Shown: positions 1 through 16,305 of the stretch, one piece after another
Numbering within the stretch: position 1 is the first letter of the stretch
Layout: every line of letters starts with the position of its first letter
Origin: the human T2T-CHM13v2.0 reference genome, Homo sapiens
Direction: 5' to 3' (one strand)
Assembly (NCBI RefSeq): GCF_009914755.1
Contig: NC_060926.1
DNA: 64,000 nt
The notes under the pieces: model-generated
The model's database searches: none
What the model was told of the DNA's origin: nothing
The model's input: only the letters and a program-made list of their open reading frames with translations
Made by a program: the position numbers and the translations under genes

Positions 1-251
1 TGACAACTACTAAATTTTCTTTCCTGCTTATTAATGTTAAATCATATAATAAAGTGAATTTAATGACATAGTGAGTCTTATGAGTATGAGAAACATTGCT
101 TCCTCTTTGCTAAACCCATCACATGTAATTGAAGATTAATAATACCACATGTTGTAAAAATTGGCTTATTTTCATTAATGGAAGTCATATCACCATTTCT
201 GATGTTATGTCCCGTTACCTAGAAAGAAAAAAGAAGCAGAATGCCTACAGG

Positions 252-1214
252 CAGGACCTGCTATGTAATTTGCAGGGCCCAGTGAAAAATGAAGATATGG
301 GTGCCTTGTTCAAAAAGCAGAGGTGGGAGTGCCATTAAGGGTACTAAAATATCAAACTTTTCTTTCTTCAGATGTTTCTCTTTCTCTCAACTTGTCATGG
401 TGTTTTTTATTTGCTACTTAATGTTGTGCTCCCTTGCAAGGGGAATGCTTAGAGGGCAAATGGAGACACTCACAGGTGCCCGGGGCCCCATTCCTGGATT
501 TGCTATGTTTTCACTGTCTACCAGCTGCCAGGTTCACCCGCTTATCAGCTGCAGGACCAACGTGCTGCACCCTGCAAAGAACAGGAAGTCAACCTCCCCT
601 TCACATGGCCTGCCACTAATCCACAGGATACAGGCACCCTCCTTCAAGACCATAACCTCCACACCAGGAGACATTCAGTACCCAGATCATGGGTGGGCGA
701 GAGACTTGACCCTGCCAAGACACCCATCAAATGTGCCATGGTGCTAACAGCCTAGAGCAGGGATGCTACAGTCATGCCCAGGCCCAAGATGCTACTAGGT
801 GCATGTACCCTACTCAGACCTTTCCCAAACATACCATGGTCCCTGCTGGAGGCAGAGGGTGCCAGCAGACCGCAATCCCACCTCCATGACCTGGTTGCTA
901 CCCTGGGTAGAAGTGGTCACTTGGCAGGGGCAAAAAGAAGGAGGCTGGGCAGGGTTTTGGCTGCTGGAACATGGTAGAGCTAGCAGCTGAGAACCCCTCC
1001 TGGGAGGCAAGGAGATGGCAAGGGGGGGACATGTGTGAGCCAAGGTTCCAAGCCCCATCATATGCTCCATTGTCTCATCAAACTTCACTTAAAAACACAA
1101 AATCAAAGATAAAGATTTTTAAGGAGACTGCAGACATTAAACCCCAAAAGCAGGGCCCTTCTGAGCACCAGGTCCTATGGAACTGTACTGGTTACACCTA
1201 TGAAACCAGCCCTA
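252..1214 (-). mobile_element. MER45-family (probably MER45B, hAT-Tip100) DNA transposon
   Basis: Both ends match the reverse complement of the recalled MER45 termini (caggacctgctatgtaatttgcagggcccagtg... and ...cctatgaaaccagccct). The ~1 kb length fits the long variant. Confidence 0.7.
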
Positions 1215-2562
1215 TCTACCGAACTATATAGTTACTTCCAGGGCATGACAAAAATGAGATCACAGATACCTGTGTATATTTACAGGTATGTATTTATATC
1301 TGCTCTGAAATGTCTTTTTAGATGAAAATAGTATTACTGGTAGGATTCAAGTCAAGGTACAGTGCCAACCAGTCAAAATGATGAAGGTAATTCTTCCATA
1401 AACATATAGCTTTGATAAAGAAACAGATGGGAAAACATTGTGTACAAAAAAACTTTAAAATTTCTAAGGATTTTTTGCTATTACATGAAACACAGATGAT
1501 TATGTGTCTAATTTTTGGAGTCTCTCAGTCAGTCCTTCAGTTACAAGGAGTCATCATTTCTGTTTCTCTTCCACATTTCATTCAATAGTAATCCTCACCA
1601 ATCCTCAATGCCCAATCAAATTCCACCTTTTCTTTAAGGCCTTCTCCAGCTATCCCAATGTTATCCTTGGTTTGTTTGTCTCTTTTTTACCACTGGTAAT
1701 TGTTAATTACCTTCCAACAATATGTGTGTTGTGTTTCCAAACGAGACCTTTACTTTCTTTGAGGAGAAAATTCGGATTCTCTAGTATTCTCTGTGTTCTT
1801 TATTTCTTTATCTCCCTACTCAGGGTTTAAGAGTCTGTCTTGTATTGTGTATACCTAATCACATTCTTTTTTTAAATTAGGGCTCCAAATTGTCTACATT
1901 GTTAAGAACTTGCTTAAATGACAGCAAACTCTCCATTGGAAATAAGAGGCCAGTAGGAGATGAGGCTGTATGTGAACATAAAACCTTAGGCCAAAAATCA
2001 TATTAGGCAAAAATGTGATGCAATCTAAGAGAACATGATACAGTCTCTCACACAAAGGGCCAGCACCTTCCACTCTGTCCCCTCCCCACGACCCTGAGCA
2101 CATGCTGTGGTGCCAATGCCTGTTTAACCCTGTTGGCAATATACTTGACCTCCAAGCACTTCTGAAACTCCACTTTCATCCTAACTATGAATGCTTTCCT
2201 TTTGTCTTCTTTTCTCAAGGCTTTGCTCACTGTTTATTAAAGAAACTAACCTCAATAAGTGAGTTAATGAAAGATGGAATAAACCCTACCAATTTCTCCC
2301 TTCTTAGGTGACGTTATACATTTGTAAAAGATGTTTTGGGGAGTCAGATTCTTCACCCAAAAGGAGCACTCTCATTATGTGAATTTTTGTCACTTTTATG
2401 GTCCCTCTCCCAACATCTTCCCTTGAATACTTGAACAGGTCCTTATTAATTCTGCTAATCCAACACCTAAAATTTTTCTTATGTAACCCTGCCATGGGAA
2501 GCCTCCATTTTTGCTCCATGCCAACCTTAAAGTAAAAATCAGAATACGTTCAAATCCCTTCA

Positions 2563-2924
<362 letters not shown>

Positions 2925-3569
2925 TTAAAGCAATGGAGATTTTACTGAAGATTTTGTAAAGAAGCCAAGGGAGGGCTTTATAAACCATACTCTACAGCAC
3001 ACAACTTTATTAATGCCCCCTTCATTTTTCTTCTTTCCCTTGTTCCACCAGTGGAGTGGGGTGGGTAGAGAGTTTTCGATGTTTTCCCATAAAGGGCCAA
3101 CTCACAGATCGTTCCCTATGTGCTGCTATTTCCCTTCTCTCATTTCTTCACTGCAATAGTCCCTACACAGGCTACTGGCCTCAGGATGAGTGCCTCTCAG
3201 CCAATGTATCAGACGAAGCAGTCCTAAAAATAATGGATATTTGGAAATAAAGTTCTGTTCTGTTCACAAATTGGGGAATGCTAATGACTAGAAAGGGAGT
3301 GGAAGTGGTATAAGTACTATCACACAACATAAGGAAGATGAACTCTTAGGTGAGGAAATGTGCACATCAGTTTAAAGTAGAGTTATATTTAGGACATGGG
3401 AATTTTTATGTTAGTATCAAAAAGAAATTAAAAACAGAAGTAGAAAGAAAATGGAAAACCCCTCAATTCATGTAATTATTTGCTTTCTTAAATGATTGTC
3501 AATTTGGCTTAGTCTTTGCTCAAATAAGACAGTACAACAAACACATGTAAAACTAGTAAACACAAAACG

Positions 3570-4350
3570 AATTAATTGATTCAACAAATATTTGTTGGGT
3601 GTGTATTATAAGCCAAACAGTGTTCTAAATGCTTGGAACACACCAGTGAAGCAAATAAACACTGCAGCCCCTGTGAGGCTTATGTTTTAGTAGGGGAGAC
3701 AGAATTAACCAAAATATAATAAATAAGCTACGTAATGTGTTGAAAGATGATTGCTGTGGGAAAAATAGAGTACAACAAAGAAAGGGGATTGGGATTCCTG
3801 GGTTGTGGTTGCAGGTATTAATAATTTGCAGTATTAAATAAGAAGGGCAAGGCAAGCCTCATTGAGTAAGTAAAATTTGAGCAGAGACTTAGAAGAGATA
3901 AGAGGGTTAGCTAAGCAGGTATCTGGGGGAAGAACATCCCTGGCAGAGAACACGGCTGATCTGGCAGGTTATGCCTGGCACTGTCAAGAAAGAGCAGGGA
4001 GGCCAATGGTGTGGGGAGGGGTAGTCAGATCATGTAAAACTTTATGGGCTATTACAAGGACTTTGGTATTATTATTCTGAGTGAAATGGGAGCCATTGAG
4101 GAGTTTTGAGCTGAGGAGTGACATGAAATGACAGATTTTAAGAGGATCACTCTGGCTGCTGTGTTAAGAAAATACTCCTGGGGGCAAAACTAGAAGTAGG
4201 GAGTTAGGAGGCTATTCAAGTGAGAGGCTATTCAGGTGAGAGATGACTGTGGCTTTGACAAGGGTGGTGGCAGTAGAGGTAGGAAGAAAGGATCAGGTTC
4301 TAGATATAATGTATTTTGAAGGTATGAAAAAAACCAAGATGGCTCCCAGG
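3570..4350 (-). mobile_element. LINE-2 3' fragment
   Basis: attcaacaaatatttgttg... L2 3' terminus in reverse, followed by typical L2 body (gggagccattgaggagttttgagc, aggatcactctggctgctgtg). Confidence 0.7.
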
Positions 4351-7300
4351 TTTGAGCCTTATACAACCAAAAAGAGAGACTGAAGCAATTGACCATCATT
4401 ACTAAGAATGCCTTACTCTAAATAAAATACAACACCACTGTGGAGCAAAAAGTTGCATTTGTTATAATTTGAAATCTCTTTAATACTCACTGCTTTTCCT
4501 GAACATTTAGCCTGGATTCAAACCCTATTCTGTCTAGGTCGAGGGCATTTAAAAAACTGCACACACTGTCTCTCCATTTGACTGCTAATTATGGAGGGAC
4601 CAGAGAAGAGGTATGGAATTTCAGCATTTTGTTGTCCCTAAGATTTTAAATATATATACTTTAAGTTCTGGGACACATGTGCAGAATGTGCAGGTTTGTT
4701 ACATAGGTATACATGTGCCATGGTGGTTTGCTGCACCCATCAACCCGTCATCTAGGTTTTAAGCCCCACATGCATTAGGTATTTGTCCTAATGCTCTCCC
4801 TCCCCTTACCCCTCACCCCCCTGACAGGCCCCCATGTGTGATGTTCCCCTCTCTGTGTCCATGTGTTCTCATTGTTCAACTCCCACTTAACAGTGAGAGC
4901 ATGCGGTGTTTGGTTTTCTGTTCCTGTGTTAGTTTGCTGAGAATGATGGTTTCTAGTTTCATCCATGTCCCTGCAAAGGACATGAACTCATTTTTCTTTA
5001 AGGCTGCATAGTATTCCATGGTGTATATGTGCCACATTTTCTTTATCCAGTCTATCATTGATGGGCATTTTGGTTGGTTCCATGTCTTTGCTATTGTAAA
5101 TAGTGCTGCAATAAACATATGTGGCCATGTGCCTTTATAATAGAATGATTTATAATCATTCGGGTATATACCCAGTAATGAGACTGCTGGGTCAAATGGT
5201 ATTTCTGGTTCTAGATCCTTGAGGAATCACCACGCTGTCTTCCACAGTGGTTGAACTAATTTACACTCCCACCAACAGTGTAAAAGCATTCCTATTTCTT
5301 CACATCCTCTCCAGCATCTGTTGTTTCCTGACTTTTTAATGATTGCCATTGTAACTGGTATGAGATGGTACCTCACTGTGGTTTTGATTTGCATGTCTCT
5401 AATGACCAGTGATGATCAACATTTTTCATGTGTTGGTTGGCCCCATAAATGTCTTCTTTTGCGAAGTGTCTGTTCATATCCTTTGCCTACTTTTTGATGG
5501 GGTTGCTTTTTTCTTGTAAATTTCTTTAAGTTCTTTTTAGATTCTGGATATTGGACCCTTGCCAGATGGATAGATTGAAAAAAGTTTCTCCCACTCTGTA
5601 GGTTGCCTGTTCATTCTAATGATAGTTTCTTTTGTTATGCAGAAGCTCTTTAGTTTAATTAGATCCCTTTTGTCAATTTTGGCTTTTGTTGCCATTGCTT
5701 TTGGTGTTTTAGTCATGAAGTCTTTGCCCATGCCTATGTCCTAAATGGTATTGCCTAGGTTTTCTTCTAGGGTTTTTATGGTTTTAGGTTTTACATTTAA
5801 TTCTTTAATCCATCTTGAGTTAATTTTTGTATAAGGTGTAAGGAATGGGTCCAGTTTCAGTTTTCTGCATATGGATTGCCAGTTTTCCCAGCACCATTTA
5901 TTAAATAGGGAATCCTTTCCCCATTGCTTGTTTTTGTCAGGTCTGTCAAAGATCAGATGGTTGTAGAGCTGTGGTGTTATTTCTGAGGCCTCTGTTCTAT
6001 TCCATTGGTCTATATTTCTGTTTTGGTACTAGTACCACGCTGTTTTGGTTACTGTAAGCTTGTAGTATAGTTTGAAGTCAGGTAGCATGATGTCTCCAGC
6101 TTTGTTGTTTATGCTTAGGATTGTCTTGGCTATATGGGCTCGTTTTTGGTTCCATATGAAATTTAAAGTAATTTTTTCTAATTCTCTGAAGAAGGTCAAT
6201 GGTAGCTTGATGGGAATAGCACTGAATCTGTGGATTACTTTGGGCAGTGTGGCCTTTTTCACGATATTGATTCTTCCTATCCATAAGCATGGAAGGTTTT
6301 TCTATTTGTTTGTGTCCTCTCTTACCTCCTTGAGCAGTGGTTTGTAGTTTTTGAAGAGGTCCTTCAAGTCCGTTGTAAGTTGTATTCCTAGGTATTTTAA
6401 TCTCTTTGTAGCAATTGTGAATGGGAGTTCACTCATAATTTGACTCTGTTTGTCTATTATTGGTGTATAGGAATGCTTGCTTGTGATTTTTGCACATTGA
6501 TTTTGTATCCTGAGACTTTGCTGAAGTTGCTTACAAGCTTAAGGAGTTTTGAGGCTGAGACAATGGGGTTATCTAAATATACAATCATGTCATCTGCAAA
6601 CAGACAATTTAACTTCCTCTCTTACTATTTGAATATGCCTTCTTTCTCTTGCCTGATTGCCCTGGCCAGAACTTCCAATACTATGTTAAATAGGAGTGGT
6701 GAGAGAGGACATCCTAGTCTCGTGCCGGTTTTCAAAGGGAATGCTTCCAGCTTTTGCCCATTCAGTATGATATTGGCTACGGGTTTGTCATAAATAGCTG
6801 TTATTATTTTGAGATAAATTCCATCAATATCTAGTTTATTTAGAGTTTTTAACATGAAGGGATGTTGAATTTTATTGAAGGCGTTTTCTGCATCTATTGA
6901 GATAATCATGTGGTTTTTGTCTTTGGTTCTGTTTATGCGATCAATTACGTTTATTGATTTGCATATGTTGAACCAGCCATGCATCCCAGGGATGAAGCCA
7001 ACTTGATCGTGGTGGATAAGCTTTCTGATGTGCTGCTGGATTCGGTTTGCAAGTATTTTATTGAGGATTTTTGCATTGATGTTCATCAGGGATATTGACC
7101 TGAAATTTTCTTTTTTTGTTGTCTCTCTGCCAGGTTTCAGTATCAGGATGATGCTGGCCTCATAAAATGAGTTAGGAAGGAGTCCCTCTTTTTGTATTGT
7201 TTGGAATAGTTTCAGAAGGAATGGTACCAGTTCCTCTTTGTACCTCTGGTAGAATTTGGCTGTGAATCCATCTGGTCCTGAGTTTTTTTTTGGTTGGTAG

Positions 7301-7714
7301 GCTATTAATTACTGCCTCAATTTCAGGACTTGTTATTGGTTTATTCAGCGATTCAACTTCTTCCTGGTTTAGTCTTGGGAGGGTGTATGTGTCCAGGAAT
7401 TTATCCATTACTTCTAGATTTTCTAGTTTATTTGCATAGAGGTGTTTATAGTATTCTCTGATGGTAGTTTGTATTTCTGTGGGGTCAGTGGTGATATCCC
7501 CTTTATCATTTTTTATTGTGTCTATTTGATTCTTCTCTCTTATTAGTCTGACTAGCGGTCTATCTATTTTGTTAATCTTTTCAAAACACCAGTTCCTGGA
7601 TTCATTGATTTTTTGAAGGGTTTTTCGTATCTCTATCTCCTTCAGTTCTGCTCTGATCTTAGTTATTTCTTGTCTTCTGGTAGCTTTTGAATTTTTTTGC
7701 TCTTGCTTCTCTAG

Positions 7715-8043
<329 letters not shown>

Positions 8044-10732
8044 TAGGGTGTTGATTTTAGATCTTGCCTGCTTTCTGATGTGTGCATTTAGTGCTATAAA
8101 TTTTCCTCTAAATACTGCTTTAAGTGTGTCCCAGAGATTCTGGTATGTTATGTCTTTGTTCTCATTGGTTTCAAATAACTTATTTATTTCTGCCTTTATT
8201 TTGTTATTTACCCAGTAGTCATTCAGGAGTAGGATCTTCAGTTTCCATGTAGTTGTGTGGTTTTCAATGAGTTCCTTAATCCTGAGTTCTAATTTGATTG
8301 CATTGTGGTCTGAGAGACTGTTTTTTATGATTTCCATTCTTTTGCATTTGCTGAGGAGTGTTTTACTACCAATTATGTGGTCAATTTTAGAATAAGTGCT
8401 ATGTGCTGCTGAGAAGAATGTATATTCTGTTGATTTGGGGTGGAGAGTTCTGTAGATGTCTACTAGGTCCACTTGGTCCAGAGCTGAGTTCAAGTTCTGA
8501 ATACCCTTGTCAATTTTTTGTCTCATTGATCTGCCTAATATTGACAGTGGGGTGTTAAGTCTCCCACTGTTATTGTGTGGGAGTCTAAGTCTCTTCGTAG
8601 GTCTCTAAGAACTTGCTTTATGAATCTGGCTGCTCCTGTATTGGGTGCATATATATTCAGGATAGTTAGCTCTTCTTGTTGCATTGATACCTTTACCATT
8701 ATGTAATGCCCTTCTTTGTCTTTTTTAATCTTTGTTGGTTTAAAGTCTGTTTTATCAGAGATTAGGATTGCAAACCCTGCTTTTTTTTTGTTTCCATTTG
8801 CTTGGTAAATTTTCCACCATCCCTTTATTTTGAGCCTATGTGTGTCTTTGCACACTGATGGAGTGTGCTGTATATTTTATCCAACTTGCCAGTCTGTGTT
8901 TTTTAATTGGGGCATTTAGCCCATTTACGTTTAAAGTTAATATTGTTATGTGTGAATTCGATCCTGTTATCATGATGCTAACTGGTTATTTTGCACATTA
9001 GTTGATGCAGTTTCTTCTTTATGTTTTGGTGTTTTTGTTGTGGCTGGTCCCGGTTTTTCCTTTCCATATTTAGTGCTTCCTTCAGGAGCTCTTGTAAGGC
9101 AGGCCTCGTGGTCACAAAATCCCTCAGCATTTGCTTGTCAGTAAGGATCTTATTTTTCCTTCATTTGTGAAGCTTAGTTTGGCTGGATATGAAATTCTGG
9201 GTTGAAAATTCTTTTCTTTAAGAATGTTGAATATTGGCCCCCACTCTCTTCTGGCTTGTAGGGTTTCTGCAAAGAGATCTGCTGTTAGTCTGATGGGCTT
9301 CCCTTTGTAGGTACCTGACCTTTGTCTCTGGCTGCCCTTAACATTTTTTCCTTCATTTCAGCCTTGGAGAATCTGACAATTATGTGTCTTGGGGTTGCTC
9401 TTCTCGAGGAATATCTTTGTGGTATTCTTTGTATTTCCTGAATTTGAATGTTGGCCTGCCTTGCTAGGTTGGGGAAGTTCTCCTGGATAATATTCTAAAG
9501 TGTGTTTTCCAACTTGATTCCATTCTCCCCATCGCTTTCAGGTACACCAATCAATCGTACTTTTGGTCTTTTCACATAGTCCCATATTTCTTGGAGGCTT
9601 TGTTCATTCCTTTTCATTCTTTTTTCTCTAATCTTGTCTTCACGCTTTATTTCATTAAGTTGATCTTCAATCTCTGATATCCTTTCTTCCACTTGATCGA
9701 TTCAGCTATTGATACTTGTATATGCTTCACGAAGTTCTCGTGCTGTGTTTCTCAGCTCCATCAGGTCATTTATATTCTTCTCTAAACTGGTTATTCTAGT
9801 TAGCAGTTCTTGCAACCTTTTATCAAGGTTCTTAGCTTCCTTGCATTGGGTTAGAACACGCTCCTTTAGCTCAGAGGAGTTTGTTATTACCCACCTTCTG
9901 AGGCCTCCTTCTGTCAGTTCATCAAACTCATTCTCCGTCCAGTTTTGTGCCTTTGCTGGAGAGTAGCTGCGATCATTTGGAGGAGAAAAGCCATTCTGGT
10001 TTTTGGAATCTTCAGCATTTTTGTGCTGGTTTTTCCTCATCTTCGTGGATTTATCTACCTTTGATCTTTGATGCTGATGACCTTTGGATGGGGTTTTTTT
10101 GTGGGCATCCATTTTGTTGATATTGATATTGCTTTCTGTTTCTTAGTTTTCCTCCTAACAGGCAGGCCCCTCTTCTGCAGGTCTGCTGGAAGTCTACTCC
10201 AGACCCTGTTGCCTGGGTATCACCAGCAGAGGCTGTAGAACAGCAAAGATTGCTGCCTGCTCCTTCCTCTGGAAGCTTCATCCAAGAGGGGCACCCACCT
10301 GAGGCCAGCTGGAACTCTCTTGTATGAGGTGCCTGTCCACCCCTGCTGGGAAGTGTCTCCCAGTCAGGAGGCATGGGGGTCAAGGACCCACTTGAGGAGG
10401 CAGACTGTCCCTTAGCAGAGCTCGAGCACTGTGCTGGGAGATCTGCTGCTCTCTGCAGAGCCAGCAGGCAGGAACGTTTAAGTCTGCTGAAGCTGTGCTC
10501 ACAGCTGCCCCTTCCCCCAGCTGCTCTGTCACACTGAGATGGGAGTTTTATCTATAAGCCCGACTCAGGCTGCTGCCTTTCTTTCAGAGATGCCCTGCCC
10601 AGTGAGGAGGAATCTAGACAGGCAATCTGGCCACAGCCGTTTTTCTGCGCTGCAGTGAGTTCTGCCTAGTCCAAACTTCTGGGTGGCTTCCTTAACAGTG
10701 TGAGGGGAAAACCACCTACTCAAGCCTCAGTA

Positions 10733-11020
10733 ATGGCGGATGCCTCTCCTCCCACCAAGCTTGATTGTCCCTGGTTGACTTCAGACTGCTGTTCTGGCAG
10801 CAACAATTTTGAGCCAGAGGTTCTTAGTTTGCTGGGCTCCGTGGGAGTGGGACCCGCTGAACAAGACCACTTGGCTCCCTGGCTTCAGGCCCCTTTCCAG
10901 AGGAGTGAATGGTTCTCTCGCTGGGGTTCCAAGCACCACTGGGGTCCAAAAAAAAAAAAAAAAAAAACTCCTGCAGCTAGCTTGGTGTCTGCCCAAACAG
11001 CTGCCCAGTTTTGTGCTTGA
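10733..11020 (+). CDS. Putative L1 antisense ORF0-like reading frame (95 aa), translation unproven
   Basis: MADASPPTKLDCPWLTSDCC...SVGVGPAEQ aligns with recalled L1HS ORF0 MAGAPPPASLPPCSLISDCC...SVGVGPSEP. ATG context gtaATGg. Confidence 0.3.
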   Translation: MADASPPTKLDCPWLTSDCCSGSNNFEPEVLSLLGSVGVGPAEQDHLAPWLQAPFQRSEWFSRWGSKHHWGPKKKKKKTPAASLVSAQTAAQFCA

Positions 11021-11461
11021 AACCCAGGGCCCTGGTGGTGTAGGCACACAAGGGAATCTCCTGGTCTGCAGGTTGCAAAAACCGTGGGAAAAGCATAGTA
11101 TCTCGGCGGGATAGCACAGTCCCTCTTGGCTTTCCTTGGCTAGGGGAGGGAGGTTCCAGCCCTTGCACTTCTCAGGTGAGGCGATGCCCTACCCTGCTTC
11201 TGCTCGCCCTCCATGGGTTGCACCCACTGTCTAACCAGTCCCAGTGAGATGAACAGGGTACTTTAGTTGGAAATGCAGAAATCATCCACCTTCTGCATTG
11301 GTCCCGCTGGGAGATGCAGACCAGAGCTGTTCCTATTTTGCCATCTTGGCAGGTCCCCGTCCCTAAGATTTATTGAATATTAGGTTTGTTTCTTTTGTTA
11401 GCAATTAGTATAGCTTTAAATGTAGCTGTGTTTTAATGAAGTTTAAATGGTCACCTTCTGA

Positions 11462-11771
<310 letters not shown>

Positions 11772-12221
11772 GCTTTATTTCTGAGTTGAAAAATGTGATC
11801 TATATCAGTGATTCCCAAGTTTTTAAAAATGTGTACTCTTTCAAAACAGGACATGTCTCATCCCTAACATGGATTCATTGTAGTAGTTCTCAATGAGGTG
11901 GAGCTGGAAAACAGCCTGGTAGTTTAACAGACCCTGGGCCTGAGGATTCTATTACTTCTGCTCATTCTGTTAGATCAGTGGTTTTCAAACTGTGTTCTTG
12001 GAGGAACATCGAATAAACATACCTGGGTTTTCCAGCCCTTCCCTGCCTTCCAGTATCCTCCCATCTTCAATCAGAACAGGTCTACTTTGATCTATTTTAT
12101 GAATTGGGCTTTATGAAAGATTTCATTCAAAGAATATGAAACAAAACAACTGTTCCATTTTAAACCATCTGAAAACTACTGTACTAATTCATTGCTTCTC
12201 TTACTTTAATGTAATTAGAAT

Positions 12222-12670
12222 TGACAAAAATTCTCTGCTCGACCAAACCTTCTTCCAGCATATTTGTACACTGTCTTGTAAAGTCCATTTTTAGCAAAGA
12301 ACTCTGCTACGTCAGTTTAGCAAGAACCTCCCCCACCTTTAGTATCTGACTGGATTCTTCATCCTCTGCCATCCTCCAGAGGATGTCTGATTATAGAGGA
12401 TGTCTATAGCAGAAGAAACCTTCTTAGGTTAGTTTAGCCAGAATCCTCCTTACTGCCGATGTTTGCTCTTAGTAATTTTTCATCCACTGGCCCCTACCTG
12501 CTCCTTGGCTATAAATTCCCACTTGTCCTGCTGTATTCTGAGTTGAGCCCAGTCTCTCATCCCCACTGTAAAATCTCATTGCAGTGGTCCCTATACCTAT
12601 CATGATGGTTCTGAATAAAGTCTGCCTTACCATGCTTTAACAAGTGTCATTGAATAACTTTTTCTTAACA
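12222..12670 (+). mobile_element. ERV1 solo LTR (MER31-like)
   Basis: TG...CA termini, 4-bp TSD gaat (12218-12221, 12671-12674), TATAAA at 12510, AATAAA at 12614. Start and body resemble MER31. Confidence 0.8.
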
Positions 12671-12692
12671 GAATCATTTATGGGATTTTTAA

Positions 12693-13136
<444 letters not shown>

Positions 13137-13149
13137 TGAAGCTTAGGGG

Positions 13150-13450
<301 letters not shown>

Positions 13451-13621
13451 TGAATCTTAGGGTTTTAAAAAATCTAATATTTTTTCTACTCACCCAGAAA
13501 AAGTGTTTCTTAACAAAGATTTCCCCACAATGATCTTAAATTTACCAAAATGGTAAATTCTAGATTTTATTTTCTCCTCCCTGAGCAAGTCTCAGTCTAT
13601 CTGCCTCTTTCTATTTACCCG

Positions 13622-13645
13622 TCTCTTTCTCTCAGTACCTTCTCT
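13622..13645. repeat. (CT)n microsatellite
   Basis: Directly visible. Confidence 0.95.
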
Positions 13646-14082
13646 CTCTCTCTCTCTCTCTCTCTGGAAGGTAAACAATATTTAACCTTCTGGACATGCA
13701 TTTAAAAATCTTTGTACAGTCAGCAAATATTATGCCTCAGCCAGTTCATCTCAGCAAGAGCTATGCTTGGAGGGTCTGGGAAATTTGCCACAAGTGAGTT
13801 ATTTAAAGGCAGTTACAGGTGACAACAGGTGACACGCGCTCCTAAATTTAGCATCTTAATGAATTTCTCCAGAGTAAGAAGTTACAGTCTTTTACCCTTT
13901 CACCCGTTGTGTAAAACATTTAGCATACACTTGAGACTGATTATTTTCTTTCCTGTGTTAGTTTGCAACCCGTTCCTTTCTCAAAATACTTCCACAGCCA
14001 CAGTTTCTTTCCCCACCATTATCCTTTTTTTTGAAGACACAAAGGGGTTATCCACTTTCAGAGCTTCCATTACCAGAGCTGA

Positions 14083-14442
<360 letters not shown>

Positions 14443-14660
14443 CAGCAAACTTTTTCTGTAAAGGTCGCCATAGTAAATGTTTTCAGCCTTACGGTCCATT
14501 GGTTTTCTGTCTCAGTTGCACAACTCTGTCTTTGTAGTGCCAAAGCAGCCATAAATAGTATGTTAATGAATGTGTGTGGCTATGTTCAATTAAAACTTTA
14601 TTTACAAAAGTGGAAGGCAGGCTAGATTTGGCCCCCAGGGCCATAGTTTGCTGACCCCTG
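14443..14660 (+). mobile_element. MER58A (hAT-Charlie)
   Basis: gcaaacttttttctgtaaagg...gccatagtttgctgacccctg matches the recalled MER58A consensus. Confidence 0.8.
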
Positions 14661-15785
14661 ATATACAAGCATGTAGAAGCTGCATCACTCTGATTACGGC
14701 TCCTGGGAATTTGGAAGTGGGACCCTGAGGCTGTGTTAGGTAATAACTGTGGGTTGCTAAGCAGGAAAGTTAGACAAAGTGGGTTGGTAGCAGAGGTGGA
14801 GAGCCAAGGCCCGTATCTGGGACAGCCATAATGGGCCACATGTAAGCCTATAAGTGAGCAGAGAGTGAAACAGACACACAAAGAAAAGCCAAGACTAGAT
14901 GGTGAGAGAGAGAAAGGGGAGAGTTCTTGTTAATGTTGGCTGTGCTTCCCACAGTTGTGTCTCACATAATCCCTGCCTATTTTTATATTCATTTCTCCTA
15001 CTTTAGCCAGCTGGCATGAGTTTCTGTTTCTTGCAACCAGATAATCCCTAACTTGAGCAACCTTTTGTATTCCAGACATTCCAAATGACTGGCAGTTCTC
15101 TGACTTGAATAATCATGCTCTTTCCCCACTAGGCTTTGCTAGATATGGTTCCACCCCTCCTTCTACCACTCCCATTCCTACCTCTACTCTATATTCTTCT
15201 CTCTTCAATCTTTGTTCAGACATCTCCCAGGGCTGAGTTAGGACTTGATTCCCATTACTACTTATGTAAAGCTCTATCACTGCACTTGTATACTGCAATT
15301 ATATTTTCTGATTTGCTTGTCTGTAGTTTTAACTACTATTTTCATCTCTGTACTAAGTGCAGGGCCTGGAACATAGTCAGTAGTTAATATGTTTATTTAA
15401 TGAATGAGGTAAAGGTACACAGTCTATCTGTAAAATAGGGATAGATTCTAAGCAGCCTGAAGGCTCAGGATCCTCTGATATCCTTACCAGCTTCATGAGC
15501 CAAAGCAGAAATAACATAAACTAATGAATTTCTTCATGTGTAAAGGACTGTAGAAAAGTATTCCATATGTCCTTATACTTAACTTTGCTAATAGCATTGT
15601 TCAGACCCATAGTCACTGAATTTTTTGTCTGCCTGTTTTATCAGTAACTGAATATGTTAACATCTCCTCCTAAAATTCTGGATTTTTTATTCCTCGTAGT
15701 TCTGTAATTTTTGCTTTATATATTTTGAGGTTATGTTATTGGAGGAATACAAATTTAGAATATTTTTATCTTCCTGGCAAATTAA

Positions 15786-16135
<350 letters not shown>

Positions 16136-16305
16136 CCAGTACTTTTTGTCTTAGTATCTACTTAATTTAGCTATTCCAGCTTCCTTTTGGTAATTTTGCA
16201 TGGTTTACTTTTTTTCTATTTTTTACTTTCAAACTTTCTGTATTTTTATGTTCTAGATTATGCCCCTTGTAAAGAGCGTGTGGTTATTTTTGCCCAGTGA
16301 CAATC

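Noticed and set aside
129-1231. Cluster of ORFs in a moderately GC-rich block
   Set aside because: Lies within a MER45-like non-autonomous transposon; no transposase similarity or exon evidence.
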